Virus record (IMG/VR): IMGVR_UViG_3300036783_000180
Span: 64,001 to 128,000 of that record
Length of the DNA: 64,000 nucleotides
Source: a virus
Taxonomy: Duplodnaviria; Caudoviricetes
Strand: one strand, 5' to 3'
A program made the position numbers and the translations under genes. The notes below the pieces were generated by a model, which saw nothing but the letters and a program-made list of their open reading frames with translations, had not been told where the DNA came from and did no database searches. How positions within the stretch are numbered: the stretch's first letter is position 1; every line of letters begins with the position of its first letter. This document shows, in pieces, positions 43,301-55,055 of this stretch.

Positions 43301-46167
43301 TTCCCTACCCAAGACTCCTTACCTTCGATACGTTTTCCGTGCTTCTTTACAAAATTAATGTCACGCAATGTTAGTTTGTTCGTTTTCATCATTTTTCTCC
43401 TTTACCTCTATGCTCCACCCACATTTACACTCACGCTTGATTAATTCATCTGTAATCAAAAGACTACCTTCACCGTTGTTAACAGTTGTGCTACCACATT
43501 TACGGCATTCTGCATATTCCCTAATTAATTCTGCTGCTTTTATTGCATTCATACTTTTGTCACCCTCGCTGTTCCGTTTACTAACATAATTTTTTCTGTT
43601 ACAAATTCGATACTTTCAATCGAACGCATTTCATATGACTTACCAGCCTGTTTAATAATTGTCCCAGGTTTAATATCTAACGGAATGTCTACTGCTATAC
43701 TAACTGCTTGTGCTCTCTTCACAACATCCACTCCTTAGTTTATATAGAACACGTGAATACCTTGATTCCAGCACTTAACCATAAGTTCATTCATATTCAG
43801 ACCGTCAAACTTGTGGGTGTACGTTAAACTCGTGCTCCCATCATGACCTTCAAATACACCAATTAAATCGTTCGGAAGATAGTCATATTCGTACTGATCC
43901 ATTTCCTTGATAATTTCTTTTACTTTTTCAATATCTTCTTGCTTGGCAACGTAAATTTTACCGTAAGACTTTCTTCTCATTGTTTGGTTTGGAATACCGT
44001 AATCTCTCATTTCATTAACCTCTCTTCGCTTCAATAATTGTTAACTCTACAAAACCATAACCTTCATCACGACGTTCTAAATATTTCAGCATCGCTTGTT
44101 GAGCTTCCATGAATAAAAACTCATGACGATATACGTGCTCTTCATCATCACCATAACGAACTGCTAACAACTCATAACTATTATCTGTACGGATTTCTTC
44201 TAGCGGCTTCGCATGGTGCAAAATACCTGTGTCTCCCAAACAATCTAAAGCTACTTTCACCGCTTCTCTGAAGTCACCTACCACTACATCCATCTTTTCT
44301 TGACCTACATAAATTCCATGCTTTCTCATTTCTTCATCGCTCCCTTTACTGTTTCGTATGCATTTTCTTTACCTGCCGATTTACCTGCTCTGTATCCATC
44401 GTGATAATTATATTTTGAACATGGATCATCACCATGAATATCTTCGATGGCAGCTGACTTCTCTTTATGATATTTATGACGATTATCTACAAAGCGTTTT
44501 AGTTCATCAAATTGCCTTTGCTGCTGTTTGATGATTTGTACAAGTGGCGCTAACATCTGATTGATTTGCGCCAAGTGTTTATTGCCGTAATCCATGCTTA
44601 CTACATTTTTATAAATATCATTTGCCACTTCTTTCGTTAAAACCTTTAATTCTTTCTTATCTATCATTTTGCTCTTTCTCCCTTTTCTCTCTTCTCTTGT
44701 TGCACCAATAACATAGGTTAGGACCTTTATGCTTCATATTAGGTCGATAAAGAGTGACAACTTCTTTATCGCACTCTGGACATTTTTGTTTATCATACTT
44801 CATTGTCATCCGCCTTTTCTAGTTCGTATTCAGCAAACCAAGTTGCGGGATGTTCTACGATGTTGTATTGTGCTATAAGATGACTAGGACCACCCAAACT
44901 CTTCTTCGCGAACCACCAATGGTCAACCGTCACAACTTCACCTGTTTCTTTTATACGAACTCTTTCACCATCTTCAAATGCATGCGTTCGTTCTACCATT
45001 ATTTATTCACCTTCTTTCTGAAATCATAAATGAATGCTTGCATCTTCGGCTTACTGAACTTGTAGATTCTTTGGTGTTCTGAAGTCGGTCGTTGGATTCT
45101 TAGTCCGTTATCTAATAGAGATAAATAGCCATTGTTATCTAGAGGTCTATCGTAATACTCGCCATAATCACTCGATATACTGTTTTCTTCTTTAGGCGCG
45201 AAACCACTCCAAGACTTTTCAGAAACTGTCTCGATATATTCTAGTAACTCAGTGAATACATCAGGAGAGAATCGGAAATTAAATTTATATGATTCTCCGG
45301 CTTGTTCTGGATTCACCTCAAATATAACTGCTGACCTTCTATGCTTAACGATTAATTCCAATCCATCTGTACCTACGAATGTCTGCTGATTCATTTTCTC
45401 CGTCTCCTTACCAACATTTAGTATTTGCTTTAAAGTGCGTTCCGTATTCGTATTCATCGCCACCAAATTCAACGATGTTATCATTTTTGAACCCTTCGAA
45501 ATCTCGATGCCATTGGAATGTCGGGTCAAGAACTCCCTTTTGGATAAATACCTGTTTGCCTGTTGTGATTGCCGAAACAGAACGTCCATTTAATGTAGCG
45601 AAGTGCAAAGCATCTACTCTTTTGTCATCATACTTCTTTTGTGCCTTAATACCCTTTCCGTACTTATATGTAACTAATTGCTTCAACCTTCTGTGTCTCA
45701 TTCTTTTTCCTCACTTTCTTCAATATCACAACAACAATCTTCTTCTGTTTCCTTGCAGCCATCACAGAATTTTTGAACCTTAAATCCTTGAAATTCATAG
45801 ATTGGCTCTACTTGATATATTCTCTTACATCCATTGCACTCCACTTCATGAGTTCCTTCTTCCCATTCGGCATAGTTATCCTCGACACTTTCATTGCAAT
45901 GTGGGCATTGTTGAACCTTCAATAAATTCACTCTTCGTTCTCCTTTCCTTTTAAAAACTTACTCAAAGATATATGACCGAAGAACTTACCTACCAAGTGA
46001 TTATTTTCATCATACACATTAATGTGAGCATCCTCTTCCTCTAAGCCCCAACCTCTTTCGAGACATGTATGAAAATTATCCTCTCTAATACCAATCAGAA
46101 CGTTCCTTTGCATATTAGCTAATGACATCCAATCCATCTCTCCCTTCTCAGTTTTGCTTCTTACCAC
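40330..46167 (-). other. Cluster of ~20 small hypothetical early genes (several Zn-ribbon; 43361-43552 DUF3797-like)
   Basis: Densely packed overlapping ORFs with RBSs; 44999 ORF probably starts at 45394. Confidence 0.65.
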
Positions 46168-46301
46168 AGTTACAACAGTAAATAGACTTATAGTCCTGCG
46201 CTAGTTTATAACCTCTCTCACACTTATTATGACAGCATGAAGACAATGGTAAGTCTTCATGCGTCCCTTTCTTTATTGGCATATAATCATCCTTTCTATT
46301 T

Positions 46302-47489
46302 TTAATTAGCTTTAAAGTTATATAGAGGTTTAATGATATCTTTGATATCGATTATATCTTTTGTATTCTCAACAATTTCATCCATCGGCTTATATACCAT
46401 TGGCGCTTCATCCAGTGTGCTTTCCACAACAGAAGTTGTCCAAACATCAGCCATTGTGTTTTGGAAATCTTCTAGATTAAGTAACTCTTTCGCTTTCCTA
46501 CGGCTCATGATACGTCCTGCTCCATGTGGTCCAGAGAAGTTCCAATCAGGATTACCTTTACCGAACGCAATAATAGAACCGTCTCTCATATTAATTGGAA
46601 TAATTACTCGTTCATCTTTTTGGGCTGAAATTGCACCTTTACGCATAATCATATTTTCCATGTCGATATAGTTATGGATTGTAGCGAATTCATCAGTTAT
46701 CTTCCAACCCATTCTAGTAACAATTTCATTAATCATCGCTTTACGATTTAATCCTGCATAGCGTTGCGCAATTACCATATCGTTCATGTAATCTTTGAAT
46801 CCTTGACCTTCTAGATAAGCAAGTTCTTTACGAATCTTCGGTTGCTTAACCCCACGTAAAGCTTCATGGATTTCTTGCTGTCTACCTTCTCTCGTTAAGC
46901 GCTCAATGATTTCGTCTTTCGTTGACTTAACATTCATCAGTTGCTCATAAGCAAGGTTTTGATAATGTTCCGCTATTTGTTTTCCTAAGTGACGAGAACC
47001 ACTATGAATAACAATGTACACATTACCCTTAGCATCTTCATTCAGCTCAATAAAGTGATTCCCTCCACCAAGCGTACCAATACTGTTTTCAGCGCGTTGT
47101 AAATTAAACGGAGCTCTCACACTACCAAAGTCAACCATCTTTGCGAAGCCATGTGCCTTACCACGGATAGAGAATCCACTTGGCACAAACTTATAAATTG
47201 TTTCATCCAATTGGTCGAAGTTGATTTCTTCTTTCTTCTTATCGATGATAGCAACATGCATCCCGCAACCGATATCAACCCCTACGAGATTCGGGACAAT
47301 CTTATCTTGAATCGTCATTGTTGTTCCAATTGTGCATCCAGCCCCTGCATGTGTATCAGGCATAACACGAATCTTGCTACCTTTTACAAACTCTTGGTTA
47401 CATAGATCAATAATTTGACCTGCCGCAGTTTCCTCAACGTTATTAGTGAACACCTTCGCCTCATTGTATTTACCTTGTAGTTTTAACAT
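46302..47489 (-). CDS. rtcB: RtcB RNA-splicing/repair ligase
   Basis: MPDTHAG.GCTIG, VGVDIGCG, GTLGGGNHFIE, HSGSR, HNY, HGAGR, DEAP..YK. Confidence 0.95.
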   Translation of the reverse strand: MLKLQGKYNEAKVFTNNVEETAAGQIIDLCNQEFVKGSKIRVMPDTHAGAGCTIGTTMTIQDKIVPNLVGVDIGCGMHVAIIDKKKEEINFDQLDETIYKFVPSGFSIRGKAHGFAKMVDFGSVRAPFNLQRAENSIGTLGGGNHFIELNEDAKGNVYIVIHSGSRHLGKQIAEHYQNLAYEQLMNVKSTKDEIIERLTREGRQQEIHEALRGVKQPKIRKELAYLEGQGFKDYMNDMVIAQRYAGLNRKAMINEIVTRMGWKITDEFATIHNYIDMENMIMRKGAISAQKDERVIIPINMRDGSIIAFGKGNPDWNFSGPHGAGRIMSRRKAKELLNLEDFQNTMADVWTTSVVESTLDEAPMVYKPMDEIVENTKDIIDIKDIIKPLYNFKAN

Positions 47490-47523
47490 TTCTCATTTCT
47501 CCTTTTCGATTAAAATAATGTTT

Positions 47524-47929
47524 TTATTTATTTTTATTGCTCGTTTGTAACTTGATATCCGGAATAATTTCTTCTGGTCTAAACAGTACTTTGTAATGGT
47601 ATGCATCTTCATACTTAGCATCTGTTTGCTCTATGAAGTAACTCACATTATCACTTAATCCGAGGTAATGCTTCTTGTACTTCCCATCACCAGTCTTGCA
47701 AGTTACAGTTATCTTATTCCCATCACCAGCATCTAAAGCACATAATCCTTCAATGCTTAAAAGATATTTATCAGTTATACCATTGAAGAACACCACTCTT
47801 CGTTGAACCTCAAATGAATCCGCTGATTTAGATAAATTTTGTGAAACTGTATCTGCTTCTGTACTACAACCTGCTAAACCCGTTACCGCCATAATAGATA
47901 TTAAACCTGCAATTATTTTCTTTTTTCAT
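47524..47929 (-). CDS. Conserved phage lipoprotein; start codon out of frame by one A
   Basis: Lipobox LAGC; ADSFEVQRRVVFFNGITDKYLLSIEG; removing one A from the A6 run gives MKKKIIAGLISIMAV. Confidence 0.7.
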
Positions 47930-48155
47930 TTTCTGTTCCCCATTTCTTATTTTTGAATATCGTTTCAGTTTTACTAGTCTACAATTTCAACATTTACTAA
48001 ATTGTAATGAACATCACTCATTTGATCACAAATACCCTCTGTTATTCTATCAGTAATGTTTACATCATCTACATCTTCAAACATTTCCATTTCTACCATC
48101 ACTCTCACTATATTACCCATTCTTCTAGCCTCACTTTTCCAAAATAACGCTTTGG

Positions 48156-49470
48156 TTAAATTATTTTAGAATGGTCTTTGGTTAAAATACTTCCCGTCAC
48201 CTTTAACGCTGGCCATTTAGAAACAAAGCTTTTCAATGTAAAAATATAATCTTTATGTTCAATAACCTGTACAATTGGTTCTCTATTAGCATCTATCAAT
48301 ACAACAACATCATGAGTAGTTGGAGAGCTTAAAATGTCACCGAACTTAATTTTTTCACCCTTTAACGTTTGTGTATCTGTAAAAATATCCATATAATCTC
48401 CACCTACTTATATACAAAATTCAAATTTGATAAAACTCTACAAATTAACGCTTTTATTAAAAACTTACTTAGTCATATTGTGCATTTCAAAAAGATGTAC
48501 AAAAGCTTTAGCATCCTTTTCTGTAATACCGATTGAATGTGACTCTCCGTTGATTTTGAACCAAAGGAGAATCTCTCCATTTTCATTTACATTTAGTTCA
48601 TACTCAAAATTATTAATGTACATGACCATTCCCCTTCTCTACAAAATTCAAATTTTATTTTATTACTTAGCCCAATATTGTGTGTTGTCACAATTAGCAC
48701 CGCATTTTAAACAAGTGTACTTACTTCTATACGCAATCTCTTCACCATAAGTACTTTGCTCGATTTTCTTATACTTTATATCAATGCTATTACAGTACCC
48801 GCAGCTAACTACAACTACATCTTTCTTGTACTTTAGGAATCGATAGAGTATTTTAATTCTCGTCCAAAGACTATTACCATTCATCTTCATCCTCCCCTTC
48901 CAATTCAGCTAATGCTTTACACTCCAAGCACGTATGATAAATCAAATTGTTATGTTCGATTCTTTCTGTAACTGGAGCAAACCCGCACATATCACAAAAC
49001 TTTACCACCATACACTCGCCCCCTTGATTTCACTAAATGAATCTCTATTAAACCCATGTATGAATAAAAAGATGATAAGATAGATCCACATAAAAGGATG
49101 AAGTATTCTTATCTTTTCCCCATACATCCATTTCCCTGTTTTATGATCCCTTATATATTTCGGAATTGGCTTTAAGCAACCTGCATATGTTAAAAATTTA
49201 GCCCACCAAGGTACATCTTTTAACTGTTCACGCATAGTCATATGTTCATCTGTTTCTAGTTTATTGCTCATTTTCATCATCCTCAACTTTCGTAACCGTT
49301 AAGTAGTTTCTAGCTTTCTTCCTTTTTGCCAATCTCTTTTGATAGGTTGGCGTTGTATAATATTGAACCGTTTCAGGAAGTACGCCCATGTGCCTAGCGC
49401 ATTCCTGTACAGTTCCCATACATACGAACGTTTCACCTTTATAAACGACGTACTCCTTTCGGTTCACCAT
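48156..49470 (-). other. Small hypothetical early genes (48156, 48663, 49002, 49261 and short ORFs)
   Basis: ORFs with RBSs. Confidence 0.6.
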
Positions 49471-49474
49471 TTCA

Positions 49475-50215
49475 TTACCCTTTTCTTGGTTTCACAATCC
49501 CTTGCTCTCTAGCTTCTTTCAACCAGCTTGGAAATTCGTTTAGGATTTTATCTAGCAGGCCAGAGTAAGGGATATTCTTAATATCTTCTGCTCGGAAGAA
49601 GTTTGCATTATCTATAACACGACCTTCCATGGTATCTAGCTCTTCTAAGAATGGCATTGAGCTTCTACCAATCCCAACAAATTGCCAGAAGATAGGTTTG
49701 TTAGAAATCTCTCTTAGGTATGCTTTCGCTGGTCCGTGGTCATCCCAATGATTTGCACCATCCGTTACAAAGAAAACGAGTGTTGGCAGATCTTTATCAA
49801 AACCATCCGCATTCTTTCTAGCAAACAGTTTCTTGAAGAATCCTTTCTCTTCGTTTTCACTTTCTACTTTCTTCACTACCTCTTTCATAGCTGGTGTATA
49901 CCAAGTACCGCCACTGATTCGTACTTTCTTTAGGAATACATTATTCGTGAAGTTTTCAATGTTACTTTCGTTCGCTTCACCTACGTATTGCACATCGTGA
50001 TTAAATGCAAACACTTCAATTGATTTATTTGCATCCAAATTCATACCAACACCTAGTAAACGCTCAAAAGTTTGCTGCACTGTACCATTACTAAAATCAG
50101 TATCCATAGAAGGTGAAATATCCATTACACCAATCACGTTTGCTAATTCACCGAAAATCTCTTTCTTTACTAATACTACCTTCGCTTCTTTTTGTAAGTT
50201 AACCATATTTGTCAT
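49475..50215 (-). CDS. vWA domain protein (TerF/tellurite-stress type)
   Basis: MDISPSM MIDAS, GGTWY, FVTDG, PIFWQFVGIG, LEELD...R.IDNANFF. Confidence 0.85.
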   Translation of the reverse strand: MTNMVNLQKEAKVVLVKKEIFGELANVIGVMDISPSMDTDFSNGTVQQTFERLLGVGMNLDANKSIEVFAFNHDVQYVGEANESNIENFTNNVFLKKVRISGGTWYTPAMKEVVKKVESENEEKGFFKKLFARKNADGFDKDLPTLVFFVTDGANHWDDHGPAKAYLREISNKPIFWQFVGIGRSSMPFLEELDTMEGRVIDNANFFRAEDIKNIPYSGLLDKILNEFPSWLKEAREQGIVKPRKG

Positions 50216-50220
50216 CTCTC

Positions 50221-51753
50221 CTATTCTCCTTTTACTTCTTCAATTCGGTCTAACCATTTCCAGTTGATCCATGCTTTTCCGCTATCTGGTTCACCGTCTG
50301 TTTCAAAAACTTCAACACCTAAATTACCACCATTTGTTTCTATCACCATACATTTATAATCAACTACATTTTCTTCTAAATCAGTAAACTTAATTTTATA
50401 AGTCTTTCCAATTTCAAAGAATGACATCACTAGTGTCCACGGTTTAATAGATTTAGGTTCTTCCGTTTGCTCTATATGCTCTGATTTCGTGCTGATAGTA
50501 ATTGGCTCTTTTATTTCGATATCAACGATATCTAACTCAGAATCAAATCCAACAACTAATCCTTTTTGCCCTTGTCGTTTTCCAGTTAAAATTGTTGCTT
50601 CTTTGTTTACTATTACTTGTTTCATTTCCATCACTCTCCTTCTAATTCGCCTGTACCTTTACAAACATCACATTCCCAAAAATTCATAGCGCCCCAATCT
50701 AACCCAACACCTTTACCGTCACAACTGTAGCATTTTTTATCTTCTTCTACTTCTTCCACAGCAAGAGTATAACCTTCGATGTCACCATCTTGCTCCATTG
50801 AACGGAAGTAATTGTGTAGAGCATTGTTTACACAATTCTCTACACCTACTATCTCAGTTGATTCATCTTCGTATTGTTTTACATCTACAATTATCTTGAA
50901 TTCTTGCTTCATTCGTTATCATCCTCTCTCACCATATCTTCCACAAAGAACACAGGGAGATTTGCTGATGCTATATCAACCCAACCTCTAAAACCACCAC
51001 CACTTAACAACACACCGTGATTATCCATTCCCAATACTTTTAAATAGTTTTCTGAATCTGCATCTCGTGGTAATACGTCACCAATCTTATACTCATTTAA
51101 CAGGCGACCTTTCTTAGCGAATGCTGCTGCTCGTTTCGCCACCCTAATTTCATTTGGAGTAGCTACGCGCACATCTTTTAGTAACCATTCATTTGTTTGA
51201 CCAGCAATTCCAACTTGAAGTGTCGGAACATCGTCTATGTGATACAATTTTATTACTTCAGATACTTCAAATTCTTTCTCACTTACTACCTTCGTAACCC
51301 AGTCACCAATTTCGATTTCTACATAAAAATCCCATACTTCATGAGGAACTACTTTGAATGCAACATCAGTTTTGAGGTTATTATATTTCATTGAGCCATT
51401 ACTCAAGACAGTTACAAGCTTTCCAATGTCCCTTCTAATAAATTGGTCACCTTGTTTAAAGTGACCAAGCTCTATGCCGCGTAAAATTTCGCCTCTTGTT
51501 AAATTCGTTGTCTTTACTTCGCTCATCTGTCATCATCCTTTTCTAAGTCTTTTCTTGTCATCAGAACACGATTACCTGTGTATTCAGGTATTGCTTTGTC
51601 GCCTTCTTGTCTATGAACCAATACAACACAAACGAAATTACCGTGAGTCTCTTGCAATACTCCGTATATCTTTCTGTTAAGTTGCTTAAAATACGCCTTT
51701 GTTGTTCTTACCTTGTCGCCTGCTTTTAATTCATTCATTTTATCTTCACCCAA
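50221..51753 (-). other. Four hypothetical CDS (SH3/KOW-like and Zn-finger small proteins)
   Basis: Coupled ORFs. Confidence 0.6.
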
Positions 51754-52007
51754 TCATTTGCAGCTATATCACCTTTAGATGGTTGCCATCCTATGTGTAA
51801 TTGATTCGCTGTATCTTTTAATACAAAAGCACCTAAGAAAGTTGGTTCGCCTAGATACTCACCATAACCGTATTTAAGCGCTGCTGAAATTTCATGACCG
51901 CGATGATGATACACAAATTTACCTACAGGCCATTTCTTACGTTTATAAGAAGCTCCTTCTAAACCATAGTTCTGCTGCATATCCTTACGTGCTTCTTTCC
52001 ACTTCAT
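51735..52007 (-). CDS. DUF2829 / Tad2-like anti-defence protein
   Basis: N-terminal M.W.EA...R..W and C-terminal GWQPSKGDIAANDW match the DUF2829 pattern. Confidence 0.65.
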   Translation of the reverse strand: MKWKEARKDMQQNYGLEGASYKRKKWPVGKFVYHHRGHEISAALKYGYGEYLGEPTFLGAFVLKDTANQLHIGWQPSKGDIAANDWVKIK

Positions 52008-53636
52008 TCCTCATCACCTCCAAGTAAATTTGTCGTACAGAACATTTCATAAATCACAACTAACGATTCATTAGGCTCATACTCAACTTTCTTCTTAGAT
52101 ACAATATATCGATGCCCTTTGATTTTAACTTCATTACCCTTTGATAAATCAGGAAACGGATTATTACTTTCGTAACGACCAACCTCTTCGTACTCAGCAT
52201 CCCATTCCGGTAAAGCCATAAAGATAACGTTGTACCGGAATGACGGTTTGATACCTTCATTTGCGAACTTCCAATTTTCAAGTTCTTCCGGTGTAAAGAA
52301 GTAGGCTTGCGATTCACCCAATGGACCTTCAGCATACGCAAAACCTTGTTCTGCCATATATTCTTTGATAGCTTTCTTTCTTGGTCCATCTGCACTTTCC
52401 CTATATTCCTTTATTAATGCCACTCTTTCTGTTGACTGCTCTTTAGTTAATTCCATCTAGTTTCCCCTCCGGATAATAATCTTTTCTTCTTGCATGTTCA
52501 TCGCACGTATTAATCGGAATGACTCTATCGGGCTTGTCATCATCTTTAAAACGACCAAAGATAAATCCTTTGGTCGTTGCTTTCTCTTCACATGTTTTAT
52601 ATCCGCAAATACTTTTACCCTTCTCTTCACTGTTCATTAAGATCATCCTTTAATAAATCGTTAATAGATTTTGTTAGTTCATTCGTAATGCAACTACCAC
52701 AAAGATGTGCATCAATCTCAATGCCACGAATGAACATGGTTTTTACCTTCTCTGTTTCATTACAGAACTCACAATAACTACCGCCAACTTCACGCCACTC
52801 AATTGCATTTGTATCTAGTTCAGGATCCGTAACACCCGGAATTTTGTAGCCCATATGTTTTAGTTGTTTAATATACTCCGGCTTTAGTTCTCTCGTTGGT
52901 TCATTTGCCACAATTTCAAACGCTTGAACATATACCATTTGCCTACGACCGCTATCTTTAATCTTTCCTTCTCTTCTTAGTTTCTCCACTTCATAATTCA
53001 TTAAGTATTTCTGAGTAGCTATAATCGTTCTAACCTTCATACCGACTTTAACAGTTGCGCCATTAATCTTTGCATACACATCACTTTCAATTAAGTACTC
53101 TTCCGGTACATTGTGATACGTTACAAACATAGTAAAGAACTCTTCATAATCTTTGTTACGCTCTTTGCAATCTGTATATTCTAGTTCAACTAACGTTCCA
53201 TCATGCTTTTTGAACTTAATTAAATCGATACGTTCGCCATCTTTGTACTTTAATGTTCTATCGTAAATCTCAGCAACGTCAGCAATTTTAATACCTTTCC
53301 AAATCATTTCTTCTTTGTTCAATCCCATAATATTCTCGCCCTTTCTTCTACTCGTCTTTTTCTTTCAAACTTCGCTATACACGGGAACTGACAGCAAGGA
53401 ATAGATTTAGCTCCGCCACCATCCATACGTGTGACTAACTTATGCCTTGTATATTTTTCACACACTTCGCATTTTTGATAGTCTTCGTTATTCCTGAATA
53501 CACCTTCCGCATTCACTTCAATGCAGTTTATCGGAATTTCGTTGGCCGTTCTGTCTTCTATATCACTCATCATCTTCTTCATCTCTGTCATCGCATTTCG
53601 CCTCGCATTCATCACATCTGTACCGTAATTCACCAT
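52004..53636 (-). other. Four hypothetical CDS
   Basis: Coupled ORFs. Confidence 0.6.
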
Positions 53637-54135
53637 TTATCATTGTTTGAGAGTTTTGTTGATCGGTAGGGAAGCCGCAATCCATACAAGGCCTTGGACC
53701 ATCATCACGTGTTTCATCAAAGAAAACCGCATCAACCTTAACACCCTTAACTTCCTCCCGAACATCACCGAACCAAGTTGGAGTTGTCGTTTTAATATTC
53801 GTCGCGCCAATCGGGAATTGTAATGGTATATGCTTAGGCGTAAAGTTCCCTACAACTTGAACTACATCGTTTTCTGGCATACCTACATCCATTCCAATCA
53901 CTTCAACTTTTGATTCACTTGCAGTTAACATCTTTTCCAATTCCTTCATAGTTAACCTATTCACTTCATGCGGAACATCTATAACTTGATCATCTTCCAC
54001 GTGCAGGTAATATTCAGCACTGCTGCATTCTGTTAAATGGTCAATCAATTCCTCTACCGTTTTAAATCCTCCAGTGTGATAAAGGCCCGACACGATATCT
54101 CTCAATAACTCCATCTTGATTTCCACTCGTTTCAT
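53563..54135 (-). CDS. Early protein carrying terminase-like motifs and a C-terminal Zn ribbon
   Basis: VIGMDVG; LQFPIGATNI...VKGVKVDAVFFDE; CMDC..CDEC. Confidence 0.55.
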   Translation of the reverse strand: MKRVEIKMELLRDIVSGLYHTGGFKTVEELIDHLTECSSAEYYLHVEDDQVIDVPHEVNRLTMKELEKMLTASESKVEVIGMDVGMPENDVVQVVGNFTPKHIPLQFPIGATNIKTTTPTWFGDVREEVKGVKVDAVFFDETRDDGPRPCMDCGFPTDQQNSQTMINGELRYRCDECEAKCDDRDEEDDE

Positions 54136-54155
54136 TTTCCGTTCCTTCTTTCCGA

Positions 54156-54905
54156 TTAAAATAATTGTGAGTTGTTACCTGTGTTCATTCTATTCACATA
54201 AGCATTTCGTTCTCGCATCTCTCTTGCTTCTTGCACACATTCTTCGCACTCGTATGTGGATTTTTCAAATATTATTCTGTCACGCGTAATGTCCAATGGT
54301 TCAATTTTAAGTCTAAGAGTGGGAGCATTACACCCCTCGCAACAACCAAAAGGCGGCGCACTCGCTTGTATTAATTCTTCCGTTAATTCATCTTGGTCTT
54401 TACCGATAACAAGTATGGATCCATAAGTCGTTTTAATCTCAGCTTGTTTATTAATATCTAATGGTTGTAGCGCTTTGACTTCTTCAGGTGCATCATTCCA
54501 GTAAGCTCCTTTTTCATTCCAATCCCTTACTTTTACCCAAGTTTGCGCAACTCGTTGAGATATCAGAAGATGGTCCTTTTGAACGCTATTTTTAGATATC
54601 TCATCCAAATTATCTTCTTGCCACTCAAGATACTGAGATAGTTCATTCAATATTCCTTGAACAGTACGTAACAACTCTTTTGGTTCATAGTCTTTTGCGA
54701 ATATATCGCTATGATCAACAAACGCCCTATGTTCGTTCCACATCTTTATGTCTTTTAAAGTCGATTGGGCTCCTAGAAGTTTTGTTTTTGTGTATACTTT
54801 TACAGAAATAGGCAACAACGATTCTCCCTCAATATGTTCGATATACTCAACTACTCCCTCTAATTCCTTTTGTGCCTTTTTCAATAACTCTTCTGTTGGT
54901 CGCAT
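54156..54905 (-). CDS. Hypothetical protein with internal duplication and C-terminal Zn ribbon
   Basis: Two P.ELL...Q..L..L..Y.E..E helical repeats; EIKTTYGSILVIG. Confidence 0.6.
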   Translation of the reverse strand: MRPTEELLKKAQKELEGVVEYIEHIEGESLLPISVKVYTKTKLLGAQSTLKDIKMWNEHRAFVDHSDIFAKDYEPKELLRTVQGILNELSQYLEWQEDNLDEISKNSVQKDHLLISQRVAQTWVKVRDWNEKGAYWNDAPEEVKALQPLDINKQAEIKTTYGSILVIGKDQDELTEELIQASAPPFGCCEGCNAPTLRLKIEPLDITRDRIIFEKSTYECEECVQEAREMRERNAYVNRMNTGNNSQLF

Positions 54906-55055
54906 CTTTTACATCTCTCCTTCAATACACTTAATGATATAAATAATCGCCATCGCTACAAGAATCATAGCGATGAGCGAGAATACACCTAAAATACGTT
55001 CCTTCATAATCCAATCACCCCAACAACTTTATTCCTTAATTAATCCTTTTAAAAA

